A DNA stretch of 62,011 bases, filler included, from Choristocarpus tenellus KU-1152 (Eukaryota; Protista; Phaeophyceae), in the NCBI GenBank assembly GCA_964200185.2. It is 9 parts of 9 records of this genome, joined end to end, with 100 filler letters (N's around TTAATTAATTAA, not from the genome) between each part and the next. Parts side by side here need not be neighbours in the genome. Positions count along the whole stretch, not along the records: positions 49,133 to 51,997 come from CAXNAD020024111.1; positions 52,098 to 56,854 come from CAXNAD020013170.1; positions 56,955 to 62,011 come from CAXNAD020012012.1; 6 more parts are not named here. The stretch is one strand, 5' to 3'. The notes below the pieces were generated by a model. The model saw only the letters and a program-made list of their open reading frames with translations. It had not been told where the DNA came from and made no database searches. Position 1 is the stretch's first letter; each line of letters starts with the position of its first letter. The translations under genes and the position numbers were made by a program. Below, piece after piece: positions 49,349 to 62,011 of the stretch.

Positions 49349-51883
49349 GTGAAGTGGCCTCTGCTGAAAATCCAGCCTCTGTTACAGAAGCTGCTGCAAC
49401 GCCTTCTGGCAAGGCAATTCCTGGACGGGAGAAGAAGGGCAAGGCCAGGGACAAGGAGCTTGTAGTCAGCATCCCAAAGGTAACAACTAGTGTGAACTTT
49501 TTATTTATTTACCAGATTGTTCTTTTTATAGGGGGGGTGCAAGAAGTGGATTGTTTCTATTGGTCTGGTTCGTATCATTAGTTTTCTTTGTAGCAGGGGG
49601 GGTAGAGGGGGAAGTGGGGTGTGTGATGTTGAAGATGCCAAGTTGAGTCAGTGTTGAGAGTTTTGTCTGTTTTTTTTTGTTTGTAGGTTTGTCTGTTCGA
49701 TGTGAAGAGGGTTAGGGTTAGGGATGTCATCTTTGTAGCAGGGGGGAAGGGGGAGTGATCTGCTGACTGACCTTGCCTGTGGTGTTGCGCTGTTTGCATG
49801 GGAGGAGTAAATAAAGATGTGACTCTTTAATCACATCATATTGTCAATATATATATATATATATATTGTCACCTATTGATTGGTAGATGGAAATGGATGT
49901 GTACTGTGTCTCACAGAGGTGTGTTTTTCTGTGAACAGAGTAAGTGATGCTTTGCACCCTGGATTGTGCAATATCCTGGTGCATCAATAGAGATGCTAAT
50001 ATTATTATTATTATTCATTGTGCAGTTTAAACTGATAGGTGAAAAGAGGAAGCAAAAAAGAAATGATATAGTATATCAATGCATAGTTATTGATGTTGAT
50101 GCTGAAATATATGCAGTGTTCAAATGGTAACGATAGCAAGGATGAGGCTGATAGGGGTGGGGGGACGAGGCTCACTCAGTCAGAACCAAACCTGTGTTAT
50201 TAGTACTAATAGGAACCAATGTAGTATAGACTGTTTTATGTCAATTTGATGGTAGTTAGGTGGCCCTAGATACCTCTGGCACAAGCTAACAACCTACATT
50301 AAACCACTACATTAATCCAAGGCAGTTTTTTTCCACTAGTGTCTAGGAAAGATGGGCTGTGGTGGCTTCCGAGAATAGTGGTTGTCTCTTGTGTGTATCC
50401 CTCTTTGTCTTGTTCCACTTTTCAATGGAGGATGTTATGAGGACATGTGTAGAGGGTATGCCATACCACGATTGGACTGGTGAAATTGACTGTTGCTTTT
50501 TTGCCATCATTACAATTTCTAGTCCTTTTGTCAATACTTAGGGTTAGGGTTTGAAGCTTGTAGTGATGTTGACTGCGGTGATTGATTGAATCGCTGAGAT
50601 TGATCGAAACCGAAAATTGAGGGATACTTCTTTTTTTTTTAGTCGGCTAGTGTTGGTATGGATGTACTCCAGTTTTCTCGTAGAGGACTATCCTTTGTGC
50701 CTCGGTGATGGACATGGTGCATCTAGGTTTGGATTGTTGTGGAATAGAGTGAATTTTTATATTGGACTAATGGCTCATTCGGTGTCTCTTTCAAAAGAAG
50801 AAAAAAAATCATTATGTTGGTGTGCTTTTTTGCATTGGAGTGCTTAATTAAGAACAGTTTTCTTTTAAGAACAGGGGGACTTGAACCACGGTGTTTCTTT
50901 TTTTTTCATTCTTTTGTTTGATGTTGTCAGGTCCTATGGTTTGGCTGTGTTGTAATCCCAAGATACAATTACAATTATAGCTTTCTTGTTTTTAATGCTC
51001 TATGGTCAAACATGGTTGTGTACCTGGAAAACACGCCTTCTGTGTTTTGGTGTCAGGATCGGGAGGAGCTGTTTGCATACCCTATCAATTGGCAGGTGGT
51101 GGAAGGTCATGACATCATTAAGGGGAAGATGCGACCATGGATAGTGAAGAAGATGGTGGAGTATCTTGGAGAGGAGGAGAAAACCCTGACAGAGTTTATC
51201 GTCACCAAGCTCAGCCAGAGAGCTCCTCCTCAGGTCAGCCTAGTGCAAAATCATATCCTATTCCTGAATATAGGAGGGTCTGGTTGTTGGTTATGGTCTC
51301 TAGTTATTGTGGAGGTTGATGAGTAAATGGAAAGCAGTGTTGATGTTAACCTTTGCTCCTGAAGGATAATGTGAAGTGTAAGGAGTGGGTGTTGTGGTTC
51401 TTATACTGGGCTCTGTAATTGTGAGACAAGGTACCTCTTTTTCCACCTCTCTCTGCCTCCCTCTGTACCACACGGTGACTTGTGGATCTTGAAATGTCAA
51501 TGGTGTATGTTCGGAATGTGGTGTGGAGGTGTCCACAAATATTTTATTATTTATGGTAGTATTCAGTTGTTTGATGCTGTTTCAGTTGCATACAGGCGTT
51601 TTGTCTCCCCTTCAAGGTTAGGGATAGGATTTTTTTTTTGCTGGTGGAACTGTCAACAACACCTCACATATCTAACCTCTGACGAGCTTTTTCCCTGTAC
51701 TGTGTAACCCCAACCCTTTTTTTGTATCTGAATTGCTACTATTCAACTCAACTTGACGATGGTGCCTAGGCCATACTGAACGAGCTCAAGTTGGTGCTGG
51801 AGGAAGACGCCTCTGTATTCATGGTGAAGATGTGGCGTATGTTGGTGTTCTGTGCACTTCGTTCCCAGGAGAAGAACGCCTGA
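49349..51883 (+). CDS. RBM25: RBM25/Snu71-like splicing factor, C-terminal PWI domain (exons 49349-49479, 51057-51233, 51770-51883); 5' end missing
   Basis: IPK|DREELFAYPINW...KMRPWIVKKMVEYLGEEEKTLTEFIVTKL...PQ|AILNELKLVLEEDASVFMVKMWRMLVF is the characteristic RBM25-type terminal PWI; phase-0 GT-AG introns. Confidence 0.9.
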
Positions 51884-52097
51884 GTTTTCCTGGTGTATCG
51901 TCATGGACTATGGATTGAGCAACAGTGCCTGCTGCAAAGCTGGATAGTACTTACCGAGAAATGGGTGGGGGGGGGGGGGGGGGGGGGGGGAGAGGCCNNN
52001 NNNNNNNNNNNNNNNNNNNNNNNNNNNNNNNNNNNNNNNNNTTAATTAATTAANNNNNNNNNNNNNNNNNNNNNNNNNNNNNNNNNNNNNNNNNNNN

Positions 52098-55000
52098 CCC
52101 CTCCCATCCTCCCCCTCCATAAAATGCCTCCAATCCCCCTTCCCGCTCTCATCCAACACCCTTTTTGTCATTTCCCTCTCCCAATGATCCAACTCTGAGC
52201 CAGTAATACATGAATGGCAGCTCCCACTAGCCCCAAGGACATTCCCTGATTGCCTTGATACCACAGAATGGTTCCATCGCTCCACAGTGTTAACTGTACC
52301 CACCCCCAAGTCTGCCCCACCACCACCCTCCTCCCCAACCCCAGCTCCCTTCGTCTCCATCCCACCTAAGCCCCAAGTCTGTCGTCTTTCAAGGCTTTCA
52401 TTGCCTGATGGGGCTACTAGCCCCGATCCACTCAACAGTCCTATCTCCTCCTCCTCCTCCTCGCTGTCTTCTAAAATTTCATAGGTTGGAATGTCAAACC
52501 AAGTGTGCCCCAGGTAACAGGCCTCCTCTCCTTCCTCCAGACTCTGGAAATCCCCTGGGTTACCCATTGTCACCGGACTGAGGATTTGAGGGGTGGGGAT
52601 GGGGATGGCATTGATGTTAGGGTTGGTGTTGAGTAAAAATTTGGAAGGGAAAGAGAGAGAATATCAGTTAATGGGCAGGAGAACCAGCATCTGTACTCAC
52701 ACGATAAAAATATTTTCCAGTAGTCTTTTCTGGTGTATTGGTCAAGTGACACCTGGGTATCTCTTCACTACAATTTTTTTGTTTGGATTCAGCTAGATTG
52801 CTACTAACTGATATGTGCTTTCCCTACCCTCATCAAACTGAACCAAAGCAGCACATCCTGAAACCACTCTTGAATTATTCCCCTGCAAAAGGTGTTTCAG
52901 ACTCCTACATAAGGGGGGATCAGGGTATCCCTTCTGAGCTGTTTACCAGGTAGCGCAGATATTCAACACACACAACCATAATAGGAAAATCACAGAGCCG
53001 CAGTAGCCCTCAGAAAACATCCAAGCTACATGAACTAAAAGAAAATATCTAGTAGGGCAGTCACCCTGTAGCATCAAAAGTGAGACACAAAAGAACCTAC
53101 TGCTGCTGTTACAGACAATCTCATGTGAAGGTCAAATCAGCACATCAATGTTTAGTACTCCACAATCATCCCACGAAGCTATTTTCATAGAGGTGTCCCT
53201 TGTGGATGAAGAGAAGGGGGGCACAGTGATTCAAGTCCCCAACCTGCTTCCTGTCCAGTTTGCTGTACCCTGATATATGGTACAAGTCCTCTCAGTGCCT
53301 TTGGTCATCCCCTTAGCTAATCTTGGTCCTGAAGCATGGTCTGAACTCGGCACAAGCCTTCTCCTTCTTCTCCTCTTCCCTGCCTGGCTCGATATGTGCT
53401 CTACTGAAAGCACCAGGGACCTGATGAACACATTACTGTCCACCAGATTACTCACAACCACCTTGAGGAACCGCCTTAGCTGTGCTTTGCTCATGCTCGA
53501 CTCCAACATCTCCAGAACCTATCCAACACAACCACATGGATGCACGTATGTATGGCATGAATATCACAACAGTATCAAATTCATGGTCATTGAGAGTAGG
53601 CGCGGTCGCAACACAATGTAAAAAATAAAATATTAGAATCGAACCGGAGAACAGCGCCAACAAACTAAACCCGGGGAGTGGGGAAGATAGGGAGTAGAGG
53701 GTTCGTTCGGGGGGCAAGGCAAGGTCACACAAGTATAGCAGCTGGCAAACATACAGATAACAGTTAACAATCAACACATAGTCCTGTGCATACCCATTGC
53801 AGGAAAAAACCCTCAAAATTTGAAGGCGAAAAATACACCACCATGAACGGCATCATGGCTTACGTTTGCCTCAAGACACAAGTCACACCCGGTCCTTGTT
53901 TCATACATCTCTCCATCCATCCCTTGTCCAAGGACTACTCCAAAGTGATAGCAAGAAGCAAACCAACGCCAACCAGCAATTTAGAAGAAAATACCTCACG
54001 GTTGCCCTTGCACAGCTCCCCCAGTAGGTCAAATGCAGTCTGGAGTGCACCAGGGCATTGCAGTCCATCTGACGTCACCTCTCTTACTAGGTGTGTTAGC
54101 AGACCACTCCCCGCAACAAAGAGCTGTTCCTGTGCACTGTGAAAAAAAATAAATTGGATGCGCACAAAGCAGTCTGGGTATTGTTGGTGACAACATAGCA
54201 GGGAACAAAGAATGTAGTTGCATCAGCCCGTGCGCTAGCACTCTGACACAGAACAACCCTCATTCTCTGAAATTACATCACATTCAAAATCAATTGATTA
54301 AAAATAAAAGTAATAATTTGACTCACACAAAAATCGAAACGAGTAACAAAAGTCATGTAGAGATTTTGGCAACCTCAAATACCCCCCTCCCCATCCCTGA
54401 GCCTGCCACAGCAGTCGGTTGAATGTCTATTTACATACTAGCACTGCTGCTTTACCTCAACAGTGCTTCCTGCCCCCCTCTCCTCACTTACCTCCCCCCC
54501 CGAAGGAATGCCTCCACACAGCTCGCCAGCCAGAAGCGATAGAGGCTATCAGTTGGCTCCTGCATCAACACATCAACAATCTTGCTAAGCAGACCTCTCC
54601 GCTCTTTCCCCCCCCCCCCCCCTCCCCTTCCCCCTGCTCTGGAATTAGCTTCTGATGCTCCACCTCTTGTACCCGATTCTGACTGAGAATCTTCTGACAG
54701 AACTTTGGGGGGAGCCCCGCGCCACTGGGATGGTGATTGGGCTGTGGAGGGGTGTGCGCCCCTCTGAGAAATCACCACAACACAACAAGAAGATTGAAGG
54801 GATGCATGGAGAGTGACTCTCAAAAACATATGGAAGGAAACAGTACTGGGTGGGTGTTGGAGAGATAGGGGTTGGGCACTCTTGTCCCATACATAAACTC
54901 CGTAGTATATCTATTCATATGTTTGTACGAGTTCATGAACTGTTACATCAAACATGCCTGTCATTGATTGGTCAAACATATGAAGTGCTTACACTTACCA

Positions 55001-56818
55001 CTTACAAACATCACCATGCGCCATTCTCCCCAACTAATTTTTGAAATATGCTTTTTTGCTTCAGGGGTGGGTGTGAAAACAGAACGCCTTCAAATAGTGC
55101 TGCACAGCCATTACAATTATAAGCACTGCTATATCTGCATCTGGCATCTTCCATGTATGTGTTCACAAGTCCATGTGAAGTGCAAAGTCTTTTCAACCTC
55201 TCAGCATCACTTCTTGCAAGGTAGAATATGTACCCAACTCTATTTTTCATTTCTTCAAGCAAATTTCTCATCACAAGACCCCTCCTTTCATGCCCATATA
55301 CCAGTATTACAACAGCAGCATTCCTCCCCCTAAAAAATGGTCTATAAGCACAACACACTCACATGGCAATCACACCCACCTTAAGGTATACCACAGTGCC
55401 CAGGCTATCTGTCATAAAGTGTCCCTCTGCAAATAATGACCTCTCGTACTCCGACAGAAGGAGATGCTTCAGGGGGTTGTTGTTGGAGTCCCTTTACAAA
55501 TCAGCAGCAATTGCAGAGAGGGGCCAAGGGCACATTTCATCCAACACTAGACAGCAGCAATGCAGGTGTGACAAATAAAACAAGGCTCCAATCACTCAGG
55601 GGATCAGAAAACCAACATATCACAACAGGGGCAGGGGGGAGAGGGGAGTGGGGTATAACCAATTAACATGCCATCACTGCATGCAACTCCACCCAAACTA
55701 TCATAGGGCCCTCATGAAAGCCAAAGTTGAGTATCCTCCACTTGTGCCCCCCCAAGAGTTGGAATCTCAACATTTTAAAGATAAATAATACTCCAAACAC
55801 AATCCAATCATTTGCCCTGCTATTTTCTGTCAGTCCAATCAAAAGCTCAACATAAGCAAACACCGTGGCAGAGGGGAACAAAAAAGCAATCACAAACCCT
55901 AACCCTAACCCTTCCCCTTCCCCCCAAGTAATACTGATCATCACACCTGTCACAGAAGTTGTGAACCAGGCGTAGATATTGCACCCTCAATGCTGACTCA
56001 GGGTTGCATTCACACCCTGGGCCATGAATTCTCTCAAGCGGGTTGGGCCCAGCTGACCTTGGACTTCCCCAGCTGAGGCGGTCAAACATGCTGTCCAGGA
56101 CCTCGATGAGGCCAAGATTCGCCAGGGCTGCCTGAGCGCCAGGCTTGCGCCTTCCACCAACTAGGGTACACAACACAAATAGGACTTCCACCTGTATATT
56201 AATGTTATTATTTGTTGGGTTAGGGTTAGGGTTAGGTTTTGTGGTTTTAGTTAGGCTTGCAATGAATGTGGGTTGTTCAGCAGGGCAATTAAGGCAGAGT
56301 GGACAACATATCAGCAGGAAAGGAGGAAGGTCTCCGTCTATACTTGATCTACAATCACAAACATCAAATGACCTCTGCAATCAAGACAGATGACAAATCA
56401 AGCCACAGAGGAAGGATATATTGGCACACATCCATGCACAGAGGAGAGAGAGAAAGAGAGAGGAGGGACTAAATCAATACATACACCCAAATCAACTGCA
56501 TCATCTCCTCTGCTGCAAAAGCTGCTCCCCCCCACTGCAAGACTTTTTCCTTCCACAAAGAACTTGTTTCCATCCAACTGTTACAAAAGAAAATATAAAG
56601 CTCTATCAAAATTCATCTTTTCGGATTCCATTCACACTAAAACACAACGGGCAACAATCCTACCACAGGATTCCTTCCTCTGCATACTTGTAAGGTGACT
56701 ATATCAAAATTCCCTCTTCAATAATAACTTATTTTTCACACCTGATGAGGGGCAAGGAGAAGGGCATTAAACTGAAGCTCCATCCTAGCTTCCTCCAGCC
56801 ACTGTTCCTGTCTTTCTG
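52098..56818 (-). CDS. TRPC4AP: TRPC4-associated protein (TRUSS, DUF3689) homologue, internal exons only
   Basis: HQ|VEVLFVLCTL; HGPGCECNPESALRVQYLRLVHNFCDR; GLLSKIVDVLMQEPTDSLYRFWLASCVEAFLRG; LQTAFDLLGELCKGN; LVDSNVFIRSLVLS are conserved TRPC4AP blocks in the correct order. Confidence 0.87.
56218..56238 (+). repeat. Short interstitial (TTAGGG)n tract; others at ~22180-22197, 49708-49722, 50538-50550, 55897-55912
   Basis: 2-3 perfect telomere-type hexamers, all inside introns. Confidence 0.75.
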
Positions 56819-56954
56819 CTAAGGGTATATCGGTACCACGCCCCCCCCCACCCCNNNNNNNNNNNNNNNNNNNNNNNNNNNNNNNNNNNNNNNNNNNNTT
56901 AATTAATTAANNNNNNNNNNNNNNNNNNNNNNNNNNNNNNNNNNNNNNNNNNNN

Positions 56955-57004
56955 GTTTTGGCCCCCAAATCGACGCGGCTCTACCCTCTAAGATACTTTG
57001 GCTC
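56955..57004 (+). mobile_element. MITE family A terminus at contig start
   Basis: TTGGCCCCCAAATCGACGCGGCTCTACCCTCTAAGATACTTTGGCTC matches 953-1000. Confidence 0.82.
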
Positions 57005-57106
57005 ATTGTAATGTCTAAAACTGAACCGATAACTTGTAGAAAACTACCACGAAAAGGCTAATGGTAACAGTGTATGTAACGGTTCACTCTCTCAGTCTCA
57101 AGAATG

Positions 57107-58546
57107 TCAAAGCAGGTTGGTAGCAGACAAGCATGCTGCTCCAACTATAAGTGCAGCCCCCACTCTTGTCATTGCCCTGGCAGGGGTATCACTTCGCTCT
57201 GCCAAAAAAGCCGCTCTACTGCCAAAGGGCACAGTGGGCACGGAGGCCAGCCAATGCTGGTATGACTCGTCCACTCCGTGGTGTTTTGATCCCTCCAAGA
57301 TCAATTTTAGATACCTGCCAAGGGGTAGGGGGTACAAGGCCGAGGGATTAGCTCAATGAAAGCCTACCAATCTGACGTTATTTGTAGAACAAAAGGGGGT
57401 GGTACAACTGGCCAGGCAGGCGTGATTGTACATGTTAGGAGAACACAAATTTCAAGGTGTACTTTGAGGAATGGGGACCAACAAAGGGCACTCAGATTCA
57501 GGTAGACACAGGTCGATAGGTGGCACATTGCAGTGAAGAAATGATGCTGCATAAAATCGTACTTGATTCCCCTGTCACAACTCCCCTTCCCCAAAGTTCC
57601 ATTGTCTGAAATATCTCTCACATATGCCAACATCACAAAAACAAAAATGGTGCAAGCATGTATTTGGGGCCGTTCAGAGTCAACAGGGCAGTTGACCATC
57701 CTCACAACATCTTTCAAGTACAGAAAAAATATTACATACAACCTGTTGGGATCACACCTGCAGTAGTACTCATTTCAACATAGGTGGCACTGCAGGCAAC
57801 AACCAAGTATTCCTCCTCCAAAACCGAAACAGAGACTGCTCCCCTCCCCCTACCTCACCCTTGGAGCCTGGAAGGACTACAAAAACATGTCCACAACCTA
57901 CCTCAAAACTTACTCCTGTACTACTAGTGGGGATACTAGCCACTACTGCATTTCAATTCGATAAAGCACAAGCACAAGAAATGCAACCATCATAGTTTGT
58001 AAATATACCTGGAGTATATCGAGCACAAGCGTACCTCATTCAATGATAAAAACAGCCCCCACTCTGCATATTGACTTCTTGGTACTCGCTCTTGGTATTC
58101 AAATGTGCGCTATTCCAAGTGCTATCAAAGACGTGGAAACATACCAAACCCTTGCATTCCTCAAGCTTACAATGACCACAACACTGGGCAGAGTAAGACC
58201 ACGACTGCACAACCCTGTCCCCTTGGGCATCACCATCACCCATCTCATGGAGTACACTCTTCCTCTAATGAAAACGATGCACTTTTTTCAAGATCTCCCT
58301 CAAACATTCACCCTCTACACCACCCGCCACCTCCCACCCCTGTGACCCCAGGGAAAACCTCCTCTCATCTTGCCCTCTCCATCCCACAGCCCCTGCTACA
58401 GGAGCTCAAAGCAAAGATCGAGTGGCCCATAACAAATCCTGCAAGTACCTATCTGTTGGAGGGACACTCCTTGGCAAGACCTGCATTTTGTCGGACACAA
58501 AACACCAGGCTCTCACACGCTCCCCAGTATACGTCTCAACTTCCAA
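57107..58546 (-). CDS. Gamma-glutamylcyclotransferase (GGCT/AIG2-like fold) C-terminal exons (58449-58546, 57107-57314) with a hydrophobic tail
   Basis: LEVETYTGERVRAWCFV...VPPTDR|YLKLILEGSKHHGVDESYQHWL fits the GGCT-family PSxRYLxxIxxGAxxxGLxxxY motif; phase-2 GT-AG join. Confidence 0.75.
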
Positions 58547-60099
58547 CTAGAACATTATATATGCAATCACGATATACACCAGAGGTGTCAGGTATTGAGG
58601 GGGAGGGGAGGGGGGTAGCAGCACGAGATGTAGAAGATGAGGAAGGTATTGGAATCTGCACAAAAAGACTCCATCATCTCATGACCTCATGAGGTTAAAA
58701 AATGAGTACAACTTTATATCATTTTTCCTAGAATAGGAATCTACTTCATACTATTGGCACTGGTCAACGTACAGAATGAGGGTTTACAGGCTGCTTATGT
58801 GTATGTGTGGGGGGGACATGTGGGGCACTGAATAGCTCTGGACCTCAATTTCACTCTAAAAGCAAGGTCTCTGTAAATCTGAAGTTTTCATGGGTGGCTT
58901 CACAGGGGTGTCACCAATGCACTATCTCCAATAAAAAAAGTAATATCTCCTATTTGTACAAGCAAACAGAACGCGGATATCATAACAAAAAGTATAAGCT
59001 GAGCAAAATAGGCCCCAGATATACTAGTACTCCAACATATGTGTACACAATATATTTTCCCCTCAGCCTCAAAATCATCACCACCATACCAATCAAGCTC
59101 ATAAGGCTGAGTGATACACAACGAAACTGTGGTGATAAGTACAAAAAAACGAATATAACTACTCTGAGTACATAGCATAATAGAAAGAAACGATAAACAC
59201 AATTGCAAGGCCTTTCAACCCTAGGTGAGGTGTGATAAAGAGTGTTGTAATTGCCGTCAGGCCGAACTCAAGCACCAAGTGACAAGACTAATACTGATCC
59301 CGTACTGTTCAGAGTCTATGAAGTGGAAGCCTTTGACCAGATTGAGGTTTTGACATAATTTCAGCAAGTGTTGATACTGTTTTGCACTTATCGACTGGTC
59401 TTTGTCTGTGACCATCCAAGGCCTTTCATTCTCATGAAATGCAATAAAGTTGATGCTGCAAGGATAATGAGGGAAGAGTACTTGAGCAGCATACCTTGGT
59501 TGTAACAACGTTGACAAGCTACTTTAGGTGATAATTTCAACATCAATAGTCTCACTCACCTTCCTACTTCACTATCAAAACCCAAACCCTATCTGCTTGT
59601 TGGAATTGAGAATTGAGGAAATGTCTGGGAAAGAGTCGGAGGAGGTTGTGGGGTGAATGCATCCTGTTGACTGATATTTATATACTGCTACAGACATAAG
59701 TGTTGCTTCTTTGTACCATGTAACATTCCCCCAACCCTGGGGAGCATCCTTTTGTCCCATTACCAAAGGCCCAACTCTCTATTCAGGCCCTAAAAAAACT
59801 TTGTGAATGAGATTTGTCTTCTTCCATTCTTTCACAAAAGGAAAAGTTAAAGGTAATCTCAGAGTTTTGAGAGCGTGAGAATGGAAGGAGGAACTAAAGG
59901 TAAAGTCAAGGGTGGTGGTGTAGGACAAGCATGGGTAAAGGAGTGGGGGTACAAGCGTACTTGTGGCCTATTATATCTGGCGGGAGTATATCTGGACGAG
60001 TAGTCCAGGGTGCCCTAGAACTCTCTCAATGCAAAATAACCCTCCCATCTGCCATTGTAATATCTGAAGCCTGAAGAATTACTACAGGTGTGGGATGTT

Positions 60100-61944
60100 C
60101 CTCATAGAAAGGCACAAAGAGGGTATGTGAGTTGGATGAGATATGGAAGGTTCCAGAAGTTGGTGGGGGGGGGGGGATGACCCATTCTTTGCTAGGATGT
60201 ATGTGGATGGCAGTATTCTTGTAGAGACTCCATGGTTTGGGGATGGGAAGAGGAGGTTACATTTGGCAAGTTTTTGTTTAGTATCTGACCACATTCGATT
60301 GATAGGCTTTAGGAAAGGAGAGGAACTCCCCCAATTTGTCAGCTTTTTAGCTGACAGGGTGGCATACCACACAAGTAGTTGTCGAGTGGAAGATTGATAG
60401 AGAGGCCATGGCGATTGTGTTGTCAGAAGGGAAATTATGGAAGGGACTGTTAGAGGAACGGCAAGAGTCTAGGTCAGTAGCACGGGTACAGGATGTGTGG
60501 GTACTGATAGGAGAACCTTTTCATGTGTGTTACGTTATCTGACCTGGATGATTTTTCATTTGGCAACTGGTGTATCTATCGGGGCTATACCACAATGGGG
60601 GTTGGCTGGGTAGGATAGCACAAGGTAGGGGTCAACGAGTACAGAGTGCAGGAGTAAGGGGAGTAAATAGACAGGTTAGGATAGGCAGGGGAATAAGAGA
60701 AGACTTGTACTAGTGAAGGTGGTTAGTAGTGTGGGGTGGGGACTGGCAGAGAAAGGGGAAAACCTGAGTTCACCCTAATTTGGGGTTTTGGAAGGATACC
60801 ACCAATGACGACTTGTTGCTTAGATGCGTGCTTTACAGAACTAGGAGGATACAATGTAGAGACGGGTAGGTGGTGGAGGTATGATTTCCCAGAGAGCATG
60901 ATGAAGACATTACATTGAGCGTAGTAAAAGTGGAGGGAGTATATCAATCAATGTACTGGAGCTGTTGGGGAAGGTAGTGAACGTGTGGGTACTGGTAGTG
61001 AAGGGAGGAGGTAGGGCAAGGAAGAGAGGAGACCTGGTGTTACTAAGAGGGGACAACAAATCAGCGGTGTCTTGTGTCCAAATGTTTGGGAGGGCACAGA
61101 ATAGGAGTGCAGGAGGATTGATGAGGGTAATGGGAGTATTAGAGGTAGCAGGGGAATGATATTTTGTAGTGGAGTGTGTTCCTGGAATGGAGAATGATCT
61201 AGCAGACCGAACAGCTAGATGAGATAGGGATAAGATTCAGTCTAACCTCCAACACTCATGTTCACATGTCCATTGGCAGGAGCAGACCCTGGGTTTGGGA
61301 GGGGAGATGGTGTCCTTGAGTACCTTGCAGCCTTGTATGCCAGAGGATTGGTTGCGTCTTCTACTCTTAAGTGTTATGGGACAGCTCGGGAACAGTGCTC
61401 AGAGTTCTGTACATAGAGAGGATTAGGTAGTTGGTTGGACCCCAGGAATCAGGAGTTAGAGGTGATGAAGGTCTTAGCAGACTTCATGCGGTTTGTGGTG
61501 GGAGTAAGGGGAACCAAGTAAGCACAGTTGAGGGTAAGACTTCGGCAACCCAAGACTATCACCAACGATGTCTTAAGTTCCAACTGCCGACAGAACATCA
61601 CCAATAACATGTGAACTTCCAACTGCCTATGTACACAACACTTCTTGTTTGCCCTTGGTGTCGAAGGGTATAGGTAGGAGTCATACAAGGGAGGGTAACC
61701 AGCCTAAGACGAGGAGACCACAAACATGGAGGATGAATGTAGAGACGAAGCAGTGTTCGGATTAGGGCAAGGACTCTCATCCTTCTTTCTAGAAAGAGCA
61801 TCAGAACTATGGGCGTATGATGAAGGAGGGGAGGTACATGAGGCGAGGGCTTTGCAGTAAGGGGAGAGACATGGTGCCAAGTAAGAGAGTAGCCAGGCTA
61901 GTGTGGGGAGATAGATTCTGGGCAGGGAAAGTAGAGGTGGCATT
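60100..61944 (+). mobile_element. Degraded DIRS/Ngaro-type tyrosine-recombinase retrotransposon (RT, RNase H, YR fragments)
   Basis: RT RMYVDGSILVE (YVDD-like); RNase H LDACFTELGGY...GRWWRY, INVLELL, LRGDNKSAVS, VPGMENDLAD; YR-like RASELWAY. Many stops and frameshifts; ends at a MITE. Confidence 0.82.
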
Positions 61945-62011
61945 GACCCAAAGTATCTGGGAGGGGGGGGGGGGCTCCCCCAGGTTGTCCATTTTGACCA
62001 AAACCAGGCAA
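61945..62011 (+). mobile_element. MITE family B terminus inserted in the DIRS remnant
   Basis: GACCCAAAGTATCTGGGAG(G)n...GTCCATTTT. Confidence 0.65.

Overview
Eukaryotic, intron-rich draft-genome DNA. Eight 100-bp spacers (N44-TTAATTAATTAA-N44, stop codons in all six frames) split the window into nine pieces that are probably not neighbours in the genome. A stramenopile, most likely brown-alga-like, origin is inferred from TTAGGG tracts and Ectocarpus-style DIRS and copia remnants; this is not proven. Most ORF-track entries are exon fragments or noise, so genes were assembled by hand from GT/GC-AG sites with reading-phase checks. Genes found: a TPR protein; a ~540-aa secreted, probably GPI-anchored protein built from three copies of a domain I do not recognise; a PH-like plus ~1090-aa disordered protein; a long coiled-coil protein needing two GC-AG introns; an RBM25-like PWI C-terminus; TRPC4AP/DUF3689; a gamma-glutamylcyclotransferase-like C-terminus; and several unassigned spliced fragments. 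Mobile DNA: a ~260-bp GAG...CTC MITE family with 4-bp TSDs (Sola-like) and a G-tract sister family, a DD39D mariner with ~100-bp TIRs and TA TSD, a copia RNase H plus 3' LTR, a DIRS/YR retroelement remnant and a probable MULE remnant. The best novelty candidates are the triplicated-domain surface protein, a ~300-bp periodic exon-intron module array, and a CpG-deamination signature implying CG methylation. No rRNA, tRNA or CRISPR array was seen.
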